Assembly: GCA_963713095.1 (NCBI GenBank)
Contig: CAVQKK010000001.1
Span: 338,054 to 402,053 of the forward strand
Length of the DNA stretch: 64,000 nucleotides
Direction: 5' to 3'
Source: an uncultured Chloroflexia bacterium
Lineage (GTDB): Bacteria; Chloroflexota; Limnocylindria; Limnocylindrales; CSP1-4
Shown piece after piece: positions 30,936 to 40,223 of this stretch. A program made the translations under genes and the position numbers. The notes beneath the pieces are model-generated. The model was given only the letters and a program-made list of their open reading frames with translations. It did not search any database and had not been told where the DNA came from. Every line of letters starts with the position of its first letter. Positions within the stretch are counted from its first letter, which is position 1.

Positions 30936-33731
30936 ATGGCCAGCCCCACCTCCGACCCATCCGTCCCGTATCTCCCCGCGTCCGAGATCCGGCGTCGGTT
31001 CGTCGAGTTCTTCGCCGAGCGCGGCCACACCATCGTGCCCAGCGCGAGCCTGGTGCCCGCGGGCGACCCGACGCTGCTGTTCACGAACGCCGGCATGGTC
31101 CAGTTCAAGGATGCGCTGACCGGGGTCGAGAAGCGCGACTACGTCCGGGCCGTCGACTACCAGCGCGTCCTGCGCGTGGCCGGCAAGCACAATGACTTCG
31201 AGGAGGTCGGCCGGACGCCCCGCCACCACACGCTGTTCGAGATGCTCGGCAACTGGAGCTTCGGCGACTACTTCAAGCGCGACGCGATCCTGTGGGCGTG
31301 GCAGTTCCTTACCCGCGACCTGGGCATCCCCGGAGATCGGCTGGCCGCGACCACCTACACCACCGATGAGGAGGCGTACGCGGTCTGGCGCGACGAGATC
31401 GGCCTGCCGCCCGAACGCCTCGTCCGCTGGGGCGACTTCCCGGCCGGCGACGAGAAGAACTGGTGGCGGATGGGCGACATCGGTCCCTGCGGGCCGTGCT
31501 CGGAGCTCCACTACGACCGTGGCGCGCACCTGTCCGAGGGCCCGGAGTGCGTCCCGGATCACAGCGAACATTGCCCCCGCTGGCTCGAGGTCTGGAACCT
31601 CGTGTTCATGGAGTTCGAGCTCCATCCGGACCGGAGCCTGACGCCGCTGCCGGCGCCCGGCGTGGACACCGGTATGGGGCTTGAGCGGATCGCGTCGGTG
31701 GTCCAGGGGGTCGCGAGCAACTACGACACCGACCTGTTCGCCCCGATCCACGGGCGGATGCGCGAGCTGCTCGGTCACGACCCCGAGGCGTTCGAGCAGG
31801 AGCGCTTCAGCTACCAGGTGATCGCCGACCACGCCCGCGCGGTGACGTTCCTGATCGCCGACGGCGTGCTGCCCGCGAACGAGGGCCGCGGCTACGTTCT
31901 GCGCCGGATCCTCCGCCGCGCCGTTCGACACGGGCGCCTGCTGGGCCGCACCGAGCCGTTCCTGGGTGAGACGGCCAAGGTCGTGATCGAGACGATGGCC
32001 GGCGCGTATCCGCACCTTGCCCAGCGGCGTGCCGAGATCCTGGGTGCCATCGAGCGCGAGGAGCGCCAGTTCAACCGGACACTCGAGGCCGGCACCGGGC
32101 TGCTGGAGGAGGCGCTCATCCCCCTGACGTCGGCGGCGCGCGAGGTCGGCCGCCAGGCGGACAGCCTGCCAGCGGACGCGCCGGTGCTGCCGGGCGCGGT
32201 GGCGTTCCGGCTCCACGACACGTACGGCTTCCCGATCGACCTGACCGTGGAGCTGGCCGCCGAGTATGGGGTGCGGACGGACCTGGCCGGGTTCGAGGAT
32301 TCGCTCGCCGAGCAGCGGGAGCGGAGCCGGAGCGGGACGAAGGCGGAGCTGGCGAAGACGGCCGAGATCGCCTCGCTGTACAACTCACTCCTGTCCCGGG
32401 CCGCGCCCACCGAGTTCCTGGGTTACGAGACGAACACGGCCGACGGGCGCGTGGTCGCGATCCTGCGCGATGGCGTCGAGTACGAGACCCTCGAGGCCGT
32501 TGCCGAGATCGAGCTCAGGGCCGATGCCTCGGCGCGGGCAGAGCTGGTGCTCGACCGTACGCCGTTCTACGCGGAGAGCGGCGGGCAGGTCGCCGACACC
32601 GGCGTCATCCGCGGGGCGGACGGCGCGGTGCTGTTCGAGGTCGACGACGTCCGGCGCGTGGCCGGCACCCAGAACGCCGGGCTGATCGTCCACCGCGGGG
32701 TGCTCCATGGCGCGCTGCGCGTCGGCGAGATCGTCCGGTCCGAGGTGGACGCGGCGCGCCGCGCACGCACGATGCGCAACCACACCGGGACCCACCTGCT
32801 GCATCGGGCGCTGCGCAACGTGGTGGGGGAGGGGGCGCGCCAGGCCGGCTCGCTGGTGGATCCCGACTACCTGCGGTTCGACTTCCCGCTCGACCGGGCG
32901 CTGAGCGACGACGAGCAGCGTGCGATCGAGGCCGAGGTGCGGCGGATCGTTCGTGAGGACCGCCCGGTCACGGTCGAGTGGATGACGATGGCCGAGGCGC
33001 AGGCAGCAGGTGCCGATGCGTTCTTCGACGAGAAGTACGGCGAGCGGGTGCGGACGGTCCGGGTCGAAGGGTTCAGCCACGAGCTGTGCGGCGGGACCCA
33101 CTGCCGGGCCAGCGGCCAGGTAGGCAACTTCGTGATCACCGGCGAGCGCAGCATCGGCTCGGGGATGCGCCGGATCGAGGCCGTGACCGGCGAGGGCGCC
33201 GATCGGTTGATGGACCAGCGGTTTGCGGCGCTCCAGCGGGCGGCGACGGCCGCCGGAGCGATGACCACGGACGCGATCGAGGAGCGGATCGCAGCCCTCC
33301 AGGAGGAGCTGCGTGAGGCGAAGCGGCGCCTGCGCAGCGGCGCGGCGGGTGGCCCCCCGCGCCCGGGCGATCTGGCCGGCAGGGCCGAGGAGGTTGCGCC
33401 CGGCGTCCGGTTCCTGGGCTGGCACGGCGATCTGGAGTCGGTCGATGCGCTCAAGGCGCTGGCCAAGGACGTGCGCGGCGCGCTGCCCAGTGGGATCATC
33501 GCGCTCGGGCTCGACGCCGATGAGCCGCAGCTGTTCGTGACCGTGAGCGACGACCTCGTTGCGCGTGGCATCGCGGCAGGACCGCTCGTCCAGCAGGCAG
33601 TCAGCGCGATCGAGGGACGTGGAGGAGGTCGGCCGCAGATGGCCCAGGGCAAGGGCACGCGCCGGGAGGGGCTCGGGGAGGCGATCGCGGCGGTGCGCGC
33701 CGCGGCCGCCCGCCGGGGCAGGGCGGTCTAG
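30936..33731 (+). CDS. alaS: Alanine--tRNA ligase
   Basis: LLFTNAGMVQFK, HHTLFEMLGNWSFGDYFK, DTGMGLER, editing HTGTH and ELCGGTH, GRGGG tail. Confidence 0.98.
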   Translation: MASPTSDPSVPYLPASEIRRRFVEFFAERGHTIVPSASLVPAGDPTLLFTNAGMVQFKDALTGVEKRDYVRAVDYQRVLRVAGKHNDFEEVGRTPRHHTLFEMLGNWSFGDYFKRDAILWAWQFLTRDLGIPGDRLAATTYTTDEEAYAVWRDEIGLPPERLVRWGDFPAGDEKNWWRMGDIGPCGPCSELHYDRGAHLSEGPECVPDHSEHCPRWLEVWNLVFMEFELHPDRSLTPLPAPGVDTGMGLERIASVVQGVASNYDTDLFAPIHGRMRELLGHDPEAFEQERFSYQVIADHARAVTFLIADGVLPANEGRGYVLRRILRRAVRHGRLLGRTEPFLGETAKVVIETMAGAYPHLAQRRAEILGAIEREERQFNRTLEAGTGLLEEALIPLTSAAREVGRQADSLPADAPVLPGAVAFRLHDTYGFPIDLTVELAAEYGVRTDLAGFEDSLAEQRERSRSGTKAELAKTAEIASLYNSLLSRAAPTEFLGYETNTADGRVVAILRDGVEYETLEAVAEIELRADASARAELVLDRTPFYAESGGQVADTGVIRGADGAVLFEVDDVRRVAGTQNAGLIVHRGVLHGALRVGEIVRSEVDAARRARTMRNHTGTHLLHRALRNVVGEGARQAGSLVDPDYLRFDFPLDRALSDDEQRAIEAEVRRIVREDRPVTVEWMTMAEAQAAGADAFFDEKYGERVRTVRVEGFSHELCGGTHCRASGQVGNFVITGERSIGSGMRRIEAVTGEGADRLMDQRFAALQRAATAAGAMTTDAIEERIAALQEELREAKRRLRSGAAGGPPRPGDLAGRAEEVAPGVRFLGWHGDLESVDALKALAKDVRGALPSGIIALGLDADEPQLFVTVSDDLVARGIAAGPLVQQAVSAIEGRGGGRPQMAQGKGTRREGLGEAIAAVRAAAARRGRAV

Positions 33732-34994
33732 ATGGCGTTCCTGCGTCGCCTGTGGAGCCGAGACGAGGAGCCGGTGCCAGCCGCGTGCACGGCTCTCGAC
33801 ATCGGCACCGAGTACGCCAAGGCGCTCGTGTTCGAGATCGACGACACGGGGCACGGGACCGTCGTCGGCGTGGGCCGCAAACGCCAGGGCCTGTCGCACA
33901 TGCAGTCGGGCACGGTGGCCGACATCGCGGCCGTCGTCGACAACTGCTCGGTCGCTCTCCAGGAAGCCGAGGAGATGGCGGGATTCCGGCCCACGCAGGT
34001 GGTCATCGGGATCGCCGGCGAGCTGGTGAAGGGGTTCACGACAACCCTGACCCAGGAGCGCAAGAAGCCCGAGCAGCCGATCAGCGACGCGGAGCTGGTC
34101 AAGCTCATCGACACCGTCCAGCACGAGGCGATCCGCGAGGCGGAACGCTCGATCACCTGGGAGACGGGCCTGCCGCACGTGGATGTCCGGCTGGTCCACA
34201 GCGCGATCGTGGGCGCCTCGATCGACGGCTATGCGCTCACCAATCCGGTCGGGTTCCAGGGCCGCCACGTCAAGATCGGGATCTTCAACGCCTTCGCGCC
34301 GCTGGTCCACCTGGGCGCGCTCCAGTCGGTGGCGAGCCAGCTCGACCTCGAGCTGCTCGAGGTCGTGGCCGAACCGTACGCGGTCGCGCGCGTGCTGGGC
34401 GCCGAGCAGGTCCGCCAGGCAGGCGCCCTGTTCATCGACGTCGGCGGTGGCACCACGGACGTGGCGCTGGTGCGACAGGGCGGGATCGAGGGGACCCGGA
34501 TGTTCGCGCTCGGCGGTCGCGCGTTCACCAAGTCGATCGCGGACCGGCTGGACCTGCCGTTCCCCCGTGCCGAGGCGCTCAAGGTCGACTATGCGCGTGG
34601 CCTCGACATCGAACGGCGGGACGACGTCGCGGGGATCATCCACGACGACGTCCAGGTCTGGGCGGCAGGCGTCGAGCTGGTGATGGAGGAGCTGGCGGCA
34701 GGGGAGATGCTGCCGGCGAAGATCCACCTGTGCGGCGGCGGCTCGAGGCTCCCCGAGATCCGCGAGGCCATCGCGGCCGAGCGCTTCTGGAAGCGACTCT
34801 CGTTCGCCCGCCCGCCGGAGGTGTCGATCATGTCGCCCGGCGAGGTCGAGTCGATCTCGGACGCCACCGACCTCCTGGTCGACCAGCAGGACGTGACGCC
34901 GCTTGGTCTTGCCTACCAGGCGATCGAGCTCCACACGACCGAGGATCCGCTCGATGCCGCCCTCCGCCGGGTGCTCCGGGCGATGAAGGTCTGA
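33732..34994 (+). CDS. FtsA-like actin-fold ATPase (orphan, outside the dcw cluster)
   Basis: ALDIGTE (phosphate 1), 1C/SHS2-like insert (IDGYALTNPVGFQG), EPYA, IDVGGGTTD (phosphate 2), AEALK, LCGGGSRL. Confidence 0.85.
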   Translation: MAFLRRLWSRDEEPVPAACTALDIGTEYAKALVFEIDDTGHGTVVGVGRKRQGLSHMQSGTVADIAAVVDNCSVALQEAEEMAGFRPTQVVIGIAGELVKGFTTTLTQERKKPEQPISDAELVKLIDTVQHEAIREAERSITWETGLPHVDVRLVHSAIVGASIDGYALTNPVGFQGRHVKIGIFNAFAPLVHLGALQSVASQLDLELLEVVAEPYAVARVLGAEQVRQAGALFIDVGGGTTDVALVRQGGIEGTRMFALGGRAFTKSIADRLDLPFPRAEALKVDYARGLDIERRDDVAGIIHDDVQVWAAGVELVMEELAAGEMLPAKIHLCGGGSRLPEIREAIAAERFWKRLSFARPPEVSIMSPGEVESISDATDLLVDQQDVTPLGLAYQAIELHTTEDPLDAALRRVLRAMKV

Positions 34995-35113
34995 CGATGG
35001 CCCACCGCCGTCCGATCCATGTCGACGCGCAGGTCCGGGAGCCCGCACCCGGGTGGCCCGCGCAACGCATGGGCCCGGCGGATCGCGGCGGGTCGGGGTA
35101 GGCTCGGGCCGGC

Positions 35114-36922
35114 ATGGCCACCATCGTCTATCTCGACGCCGAGGACGAGATCACCTCCGCCGCGTCGCGGATCCGCGAGGCGGCGGACACGCGCGTCGGC
35201 CTCGTGCTCCCGTTCGGCTCCCGCGTCGCGACGTCGCGGATCAACTTCCGGCTGCTCGCCCGCGAAGCCATGAGCAAGGACCGGCGGCTGGACATCATTG
35301 CGCCCGACGCGTCGGCCCGTGCCCTCGCGGCATCGGCCGGGCTGCCGGTGTTCGGCTCGGTGGCCGAGTACGAGAGCGCGCTCGAGGCTCCTCCGCCGGG
35401 CATGGACGCCGAGGCCACGGCGGGTGGCGCCTTCGGCGCGGGCGCTGCGGCGGGGGGGGCCGACGTCGCATCTGTTGCCGGCCCTAGCGTCGCGGCCGGT
35501 ACCGTCTCATCGTGGGACAGGACCGAGCCGGCCGTCGTGGGTGACGATGCCCGGGCCGGATTCGCCCGGCCGGCGCCCCTCGACGCGGAGGACCGGGGCA
35601 GGCGCGATCTCCCCGTGATGCGATCCCGCCGGCGTCTTCCGGTCCGAGCCGTGGCCGTGGCGGTCGTGCTGCTGCTCGTGATCGGCGGCGCGGGTGCGGT
35701 CGCCGGCTACCTGTTGCTCCCATCCGCGGTGATCACGATCACGCCCCGCATCGAGGAGGTCGGCCCGATCTCGTTCGACGTCCACGCGAATCCCGCCGCG
35801 ACGGCGGTGGATGCCGCTGCCGGCGTCATCCCGGCCCAGACGCTGACCATCCCGGTCGAGTCCCAGGGCGACTTCCCGGCGACCGGCAAGCGGGTCGAAA
35901 AGACGGCGGCGACGGGCGGTGTGCGGTTCAAGAACTGCGATACCTCGAACGGTCACCGGATCCTCGCGGGCACCGTCGTAAAGACACCGGGCGGGGTGAG
36001 CTTCACAACCGATCAGGAAGTGTTCTTGCCGGTGGCACCGATCCTGCAACCGGGTGACAAGCTTGACTGCCAGACCAGTGAGACAAGCGTAACGGCGGTC
36101 AAGCAGGGCACAGACGGAAACGTCAAGGCTGGCACCATCACTGTCCTGCCGGCCTCGCTGAACGCCAATGTCTTGAGCGTCACCAACCTGGATCCAACAT
36201 CGGGTGGGTCCCGAACCGAGTACGTGCGGGTGTCGCAGGCGGACGTCGACGCCGCGGTCGAGCAGCTGACCAAGGACATCGAGGCCCAGTTCGCCACCGA
36301 GCTCGAGAACCCAACTCGGGTTCCACCCGGGACCACCGCCTTCCCGGACACCGCCGTTCTGGGGGACACGGTGCCCTCGGTCGATCCGGCAACGCTGGTG
36401 GGCCAGGAGGTCGACTCGTTCACGCTCCGGATGACCGCGCAGGGCACCGTCCTCGCCGTGGATCCCGCCCCGGTCCAGTCGATCGCGCGTCAGCGCCTGT
36501 CGGGCGACGTCAGCGACGGCTACCGGCTGGTCGACGGATCGACCAGCGTCGAGGTCGGGGACGGCGAGGTGGTGGCGGGTGTCGTGACCTTCCCGGTGAC
36601 CGGTTCGGCCAGGGAGGTTCAGCCGGTCGACGGCCCGGCGCTCCAGACGCAGGTGCTGGGGATGTCCGAGTCCGACGCGCGGGCGCTGCTGGCGCCGTAT
36701 GGCGACGTGACCATCGAGCTGTGGCCCGACTGGGTCCACTCGGTGCCGTCGCTCCAGCAGCGGGTGACGCTGACGGTGAACGAGCCCGTGGACACCACGC
36801 CGTCGCCGTCGGCCAGCCCTGTACCGTCGGTGGCCACGCAGTCCGAGGCGCCATCCGGTTCACCTTCAGAGGCGCCATCGGGGGGCGCCGGCGGGAGCGA
36901 GCCGGTACCATCCGCCGGATGA
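35114..36922 (+). CDS. Single-pass membrane protein with an extracellular baseplate-J/gp47-like region
   Basis: About 90-aa N-terminal alpha/beta domain, low-complexity linker, basic patch + TM (about 35640-35720), A.G.V.F.N / GTVVKT..G..F.T / GTDGNVKAGTIT / VTN..PTSGG pattern, Ser/Pro tail; family by resemblance. Confidence 0.7.
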   Translation: MATIVYLDAEDEITSAASRIREAADTRVGLVLPFGSRVATSRINFRLLAREAMSKDRRLDIIAPDASARALAASAGLPVFGSVAEYESALEAPPPGMDAEATAGGAFGAGAAAGGADVASVAGPSVAAGTVSSWDRTEPAVVGDDARAGFARPAPLDAEDRGRRDLPVMRSRRRLPVRAVAVAVVLLLVIGGAGAVAGYLLLPSAVITITPRIEEVGPISFDVHANPAATAVDAAAGVIPAQTLTIPVESQGDFPATGKRVEKTAATGGVRFKNCDTSNGHRILAGTVVKTPGGVSFTTDQEVFLPVAPILQPGDKLDCQTSETSVTAVKQGTDGNVKAGTITVLPASLNANVLSVTNLDPTSGGSRTEYVRVSQADVDAAVEQLTKDIEAQFATELENPTRVPPGTTAFPDTAVLGDTVPSVDPATLVGQEVDSFTLRMTAQGTVLAVDPAPVQSIARQRLSGDVSDGYRLVDGSTSVEVGDGEVVAGVVTFPVTGSAREVQPVDGPALQTQVLGMSESDARALLAPYGDVTIELWPDWVHSVPSLQQRVTLTVNEPVDTTPSPSASPVPSVATQSEAPSGSPSEAPSGGAGGSEPVPSAG

Positions 36923-37440
36923 GCCACATCCTGGGCATCGACCTCGGCGCGCGGAGGATCGGCCTCGCCATCGCCGATGAGCGGATCGGGATCGCGAGAC
37001 CGCTGGCGACGATCGCGCGCGCGGGCTCCGTGGAGGCGGATGCGGCGGCCATCAGCCGGGTCAGTCACGAGCAGCAGGCCGCGGAGCTGGTGGTCGGGCT
37101 TCCGATCGACGCCGGGGGCGACGAGGGATCGATGGCCGTGGCGGCGCGGTCCTGGGCCGCCGAGATCGGCGAGCGGACGAGCCTGGCGGTGACCCTGCGG
37201 GACGAGCGGCTGTCGTCGTTCGAGGCCGAGCAGCGACTGGGGCGGATGCCGCGAGGCCGGTCCGGCGGGCCGCCCTCGCGCACGCAGCGCAACGCGTTCC
37301 GGGCCCGGATCGATCGCGAGGCCGCCGCCGTGATCCTCCAGGACGAGCTGGACGCCCGGCGTGATGCCGGTGCCGGTGCAGCTCGTGTCGATCCCGCCGG
37401 GCGAGCCGACGCCATCGTGCGAATGCCGGAGGGCCGGTGA
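36919..37440 (+). CDS. ruvX: Pre-16S rRNA nuclease YqgF/RuvX
   Basis: ILGIDLGARRIGLA, VVGLP, DERLSS, IDREAAAVILQ; ATGA overlap. Confidence 0.94.
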   Translation: MSHILGIDLGARRIGLAIADERIGIARPLATIARAGSVEADAAAISRVSHEQQAAELVVGLPIDAGGDEGSMAVAARSWAAEIGERTSLAVTLRDERLSSFEAEQRLGRMPRGRSGGPPSRTQRNAFRARIDREAAAVILQDELDARRDAGAGAARVDPAGRADAIVRMPEGR

Positions 37441-38837
37441 GCGTTCGCGGCGGAAGGGGTCCCCGGGACCCGTACGCCACACCCGGTCCGGCTTCGACGC
37501 CGCCCACCTCTGCGCGCCGCGTGAGCTCGTACCAGCGGACCGGCCGCTACGGCCGAGGTCCGGGCGACCAGCGGCGGTACGTGGGCTACGGAGACCGGAA
37601 GGGCGGCGTGCCCGGGATCCTGCGGTTCATCGCCTTTCTGTTCGTCCTGGCGGCGGCCGTGCTCCTGGTCATGGTCACCGTCGCGCGGCCGCTGGTGCGC
37701 GCCGTGGTCGTCCCGTGGGCATGGGACAACCCCTCCGCGCTGCGGATCGGGTTCGTGTCCGACCTCGTCCGGGAGGACCTCGGATCGGCGCTCACCGCTC
37801 CCGCCGGCAGCGACGCATCGACGGTCGAGTTCACGGTCGAGACGGGGGACACGCCGGCGACCCTCGCGCCCCGGCTCCAGGAGGCCGGGGTCATCGCCAG
37901 CCAGCACGCCTTCTTGTACGAAGCCCTGTCCGAGGACCTCACGCCACATCTGACCGCGGGCCGCTTCTCGCTCGCCCTGAACCTGACTCCCGCCCAGGTC
38001 GTGGATGGGCTGGTCAACAACCGGATCGTCGTGCACACCGTGGTGGTGACGTTCCGGGAGGGGCTCCGGATCGAGCAGATGACGGCCAAGCTCGAGACCG
38101 TCACCGGGACCGCCGTCGATGCCAAGGCGTTCTATGACCTCGCGATGCACCCCACCGACGAGCTGCTGGCCGACTATCCGTGGCTGCTCGACACGTCGGT
38201 CCGCCCGAAGGGCGCATCGCTCGAAGGCTTCCTGTACCCGGCCACCTACGACCTGCGGGTCGGCGATGCTGAGGCCACGACGGCGGAGGGGCTGATCCGG
38301 ATGATGCTCGACGCGTTCTACCAGCGCGTCGGCCAGGAGCGGCTGGACGTTCCCGGCTCGCGGGGCCTGACCTTCTACCAGGTGCTCGTGATGGCGTCGA
38401 TCGTCGAGCGCGAGGCGGTGCTCGACGAGGAGCGGCCGCTCATCGCCGGGGTCTATCAGAACCGGCTCGACCCGAAGAAGTGGAAGACCGGCCTGCTCGA
38501 GTCGGACCCGACGATCTTCTACGTCAATGACACGCTCCAGCTGGCCCAGCTGGACTTCGCGAAGTGGCCGACATACGTGTTCTGGGACACGCTCAAGGAG
38601 CAGCTGCCCGCAGCGCTCCCGGACGCGCTCGCCGGGTACAACACCTACACCAGCAAGGGTCTGCCGCCGGGGCCGATCTGCTCGCCCTCGCTGCCGTCGA
38701 TCGATGCCGCGCTTGCACCGGACACCAAGGCCGGTTACCTGTTCTTCATCGCCAAGGGCGACGGGACTGGCCAGAGCGCGTTCGCGAAGACCAAGGCCCA
38801 GCACGACAAGAACGTCGCCAAGTACGGCGGCAACTGA
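37437..38837 (+). CDS. mltG: Endolytic transglycosylase MltG (YceG)
   Basis: N-terminal TM, LEGFLYPATY, MASIVERE catalytic Glu, NRL, LESDPT, YNTY..GLPPGPI, YLFF. Confidence 0.94.
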   Translation: MSVRGGRGPRDPYATPGPASTPPTSARRVSSYQRTGRYGRGPGDQRRYVGYGDRKGGVPGILRFIAFLFVLAAAVLLVMVTVARPLVRAVVVPWAWDNPSALRIGFVSDLVREDLGSALTAPAGSDASTVEFTVETGDTPATLAPRLQEAGVIASQHAFLYEALSEDLTPHLTAGRFSLALNLTPAQVVDGLVNNRIVVHTVVVTFREGLRIEQMTAKLETVTGTAVDAKAFYDLAMHPTDELLADYPWLLDTSVRPKGASLEGFLYPATYDLRVGDAEATTAEGLIRMMLDAFYQRVGQERLDVPGSRGLTFYQVLVMASIVEREAVLDEERPLIAGVYQNRLDPKKWKTGLLESDPTIFYVNDTLQLAQLDFAKWPTYVFWDTLKEQLPAALPDALAGYNTYTSKGLPPGPICSPSLPSIDAALAPDTKAGYLFFIAKGDGTGQSAFAKTKAQHDKNVAKYGGN

Positions 38838-38838
38838 C

Positions 38839-40089
38839 GTGCCCGGGCCTTCCGGTGTGGTCAGGGGCCTGCCCACCACCGCCGATTTCGCGCCACCGCC
38901 GGGCATCGCCACCCGGCGTCGCTGGGCCGACGAGGATCGGGCGGCCCGGCCGCTCCGCCTGGCCCGGCTTCGCGACCGGCTGGGGACCGAGGGCATCGAT
39001 GCCTACTTCGGCGTCCGCCCCGAGCACATGCGCTGGCTCACGGGCTTTGCGCTGGCCGACGGCGAGGAGAAGGTCGCGGGCCATTCCGGGCAGTTCCTGG
39101 TCGGAGACACCGACGTGATCCTGGTCACCGACTCGCGGTACACCCTCCAGGCGCGGCGCGAGGCACCGGAGGCGTCGGTCGAGGAGATCGGGTACGAGCT
39201 GCCCCGCGCCTGGCCGGCCCTGCTCGCCCGGCTCGGCGCCCACCGGGTGGCCGTCGAGGTCGCGGCCGTCCCGTATGCGCTCTGGCAGCGCCTCCGGGAG
39301 GCGGCGCCCGGCGTCGAGCTGGTCCCGATCGAGAACTGGGTCGAGCCGATGCGGGCGGTGAAGACTCCGGGTGAGATCGAGCGGATCGCGGCCGCGTGCG
39401 CGGTGGCCGATCGCGCGCTGGCCGCGATCCTGCCCGAGATCCGGCCGGGCGTGACCGAGCGGGACCTGGCGATGCGCCTGGAGTGGCTGATCCGCACCGG
39501 CGGTGCCGAGGCGCTCGCGTTCGACGTCGCCTGCCTCGCCGGGCCCGAGGCCGCCCTGCCGCACGGGTCGCCGGGCGAGCGTCCGGTGCTCGCGGGAGCC
39601 GTCCTGCTGTTCGACTTCGGGGCGCAGGTCGAGGGCTACCGGAGCGACATGACCCGAACGCTGTTCGTGGGCGAGCCGTCCGCCCGCGACCTCGACCTGT
39701 ACCGGGTCGTGGCTCGGGCCCAGCAGGCCTCGATCGACGCCATCGCGTCTTCGGTCGAGGCGGCCGTGAGCGATGAGCAGCCGATCATCTCGGGGGCCGA
39801 CGCGGACGCCGCCGCGCGGGACGTGATCGAGGCGGCCGGGCACGGCGCCCACTTCGGGCATGGCACCGGGCACGGCATCGGCCTCGCCACGCACGAGGAG
39901 CCGAGCCTGAGCCGGAGGGCCTCGACGGAGCCGCTGCCGAGCCCCACCGTGTTCTCGGTCGAGCCCGGCGTCTACCTGGACGGCGAGACGGGCGTCCGGA
40001 TCGAGGACCTGGTGCATCTCGACGCGGCCCGGAGGATCGTCGAGCGCCTGACGTCGTTCCCACGCGACGTGCTGGTGCTGCCGGGCTGA
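38839..40089 (+). CDS. Xaa-Pro peptidase, M24B family
   Basis: TDSRY, RAVKTPGE, ALPHG, DFGA...SDMTRT, HGTGHGIGLATHE, VEPGVY, GVRIED; adjacent to efp; start approximate. Confidence 0.93.
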   Translation: MPGPSGVVRGLPTTADFAPPPGIATRRRWADEDRAARPLRLARLRDRLGTEGIDAYFGVRPEHMRWLTGFALADGEEKVAGHSGQFLVGDTDVILVTDSRYTLQARREAPEASVEEIGYELPRAWPALLARLGAHRVAVEVAAVPYALWQRLREAAPGVELVPIENWVEPMRAVKTPGEIERIAAACAVADRALAAILPEIRPGVTERDLAMRLEWLIRTGGAEALAFDVACLAGPEAALPHGSPGERPVLAGAVLLFDFGAQVEGYRSDMTRTLFVGEPSARDLDLYRVVARAQQASIDAIASSVEAAVSDEQPIISGADADAAARDVIEAAGHGAHFGHGTGHGIGLATHEEPSLSRRASTEPLPSPTVFSVEPGVYLDGETGVRIEDLVHLDAARRIVERLTSFPRDVLVLPG

Positions 40090-40155
40090 CCAGTCGCCTC
40101 TGGTAGCATCCCGGGACACCCACTCGAGTATGCGCGGGAGTCCGCACACCTCGCG

Positions 40156-40210
40156 ACCGTGCCATACGAACACCACCGTGCCATACGAACACCACCGCGC
40201 CATACGAACA
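40156..40210 (+). repeat. Tandem repeat ACCGTGCCATACGAACACC, 19 bp x about 2.9
   Basis: Copies at 40156, 40175 and 40194 (last is truncated with one mismatch), directly upstream of the efp RBS. Confidence 0.9.
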
Positions 40211-40223
40211 GCGGAGCACGCCC

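Noticed and set aside
34997-35101. 34-aa ORF after the FtsA-like gene as another bridging micro-ORF
   Set aside because: Its stop lies 12 nt short of the next start and overlaps that gene's own -10 box, so it is not counted
35114-36922. Baseplate-J-like gene as evidence for a prophage, tailocin or contractile injection system
   Set aside because: No sheath, tube, spike or lysis genes nearby; it has a TM anchor and is coupled to housekeeping genes
40156-40210. efp-leader repeat as a CRISPR array
   Set aside because: Units are directly tandem with no spacers and there are no cas genes
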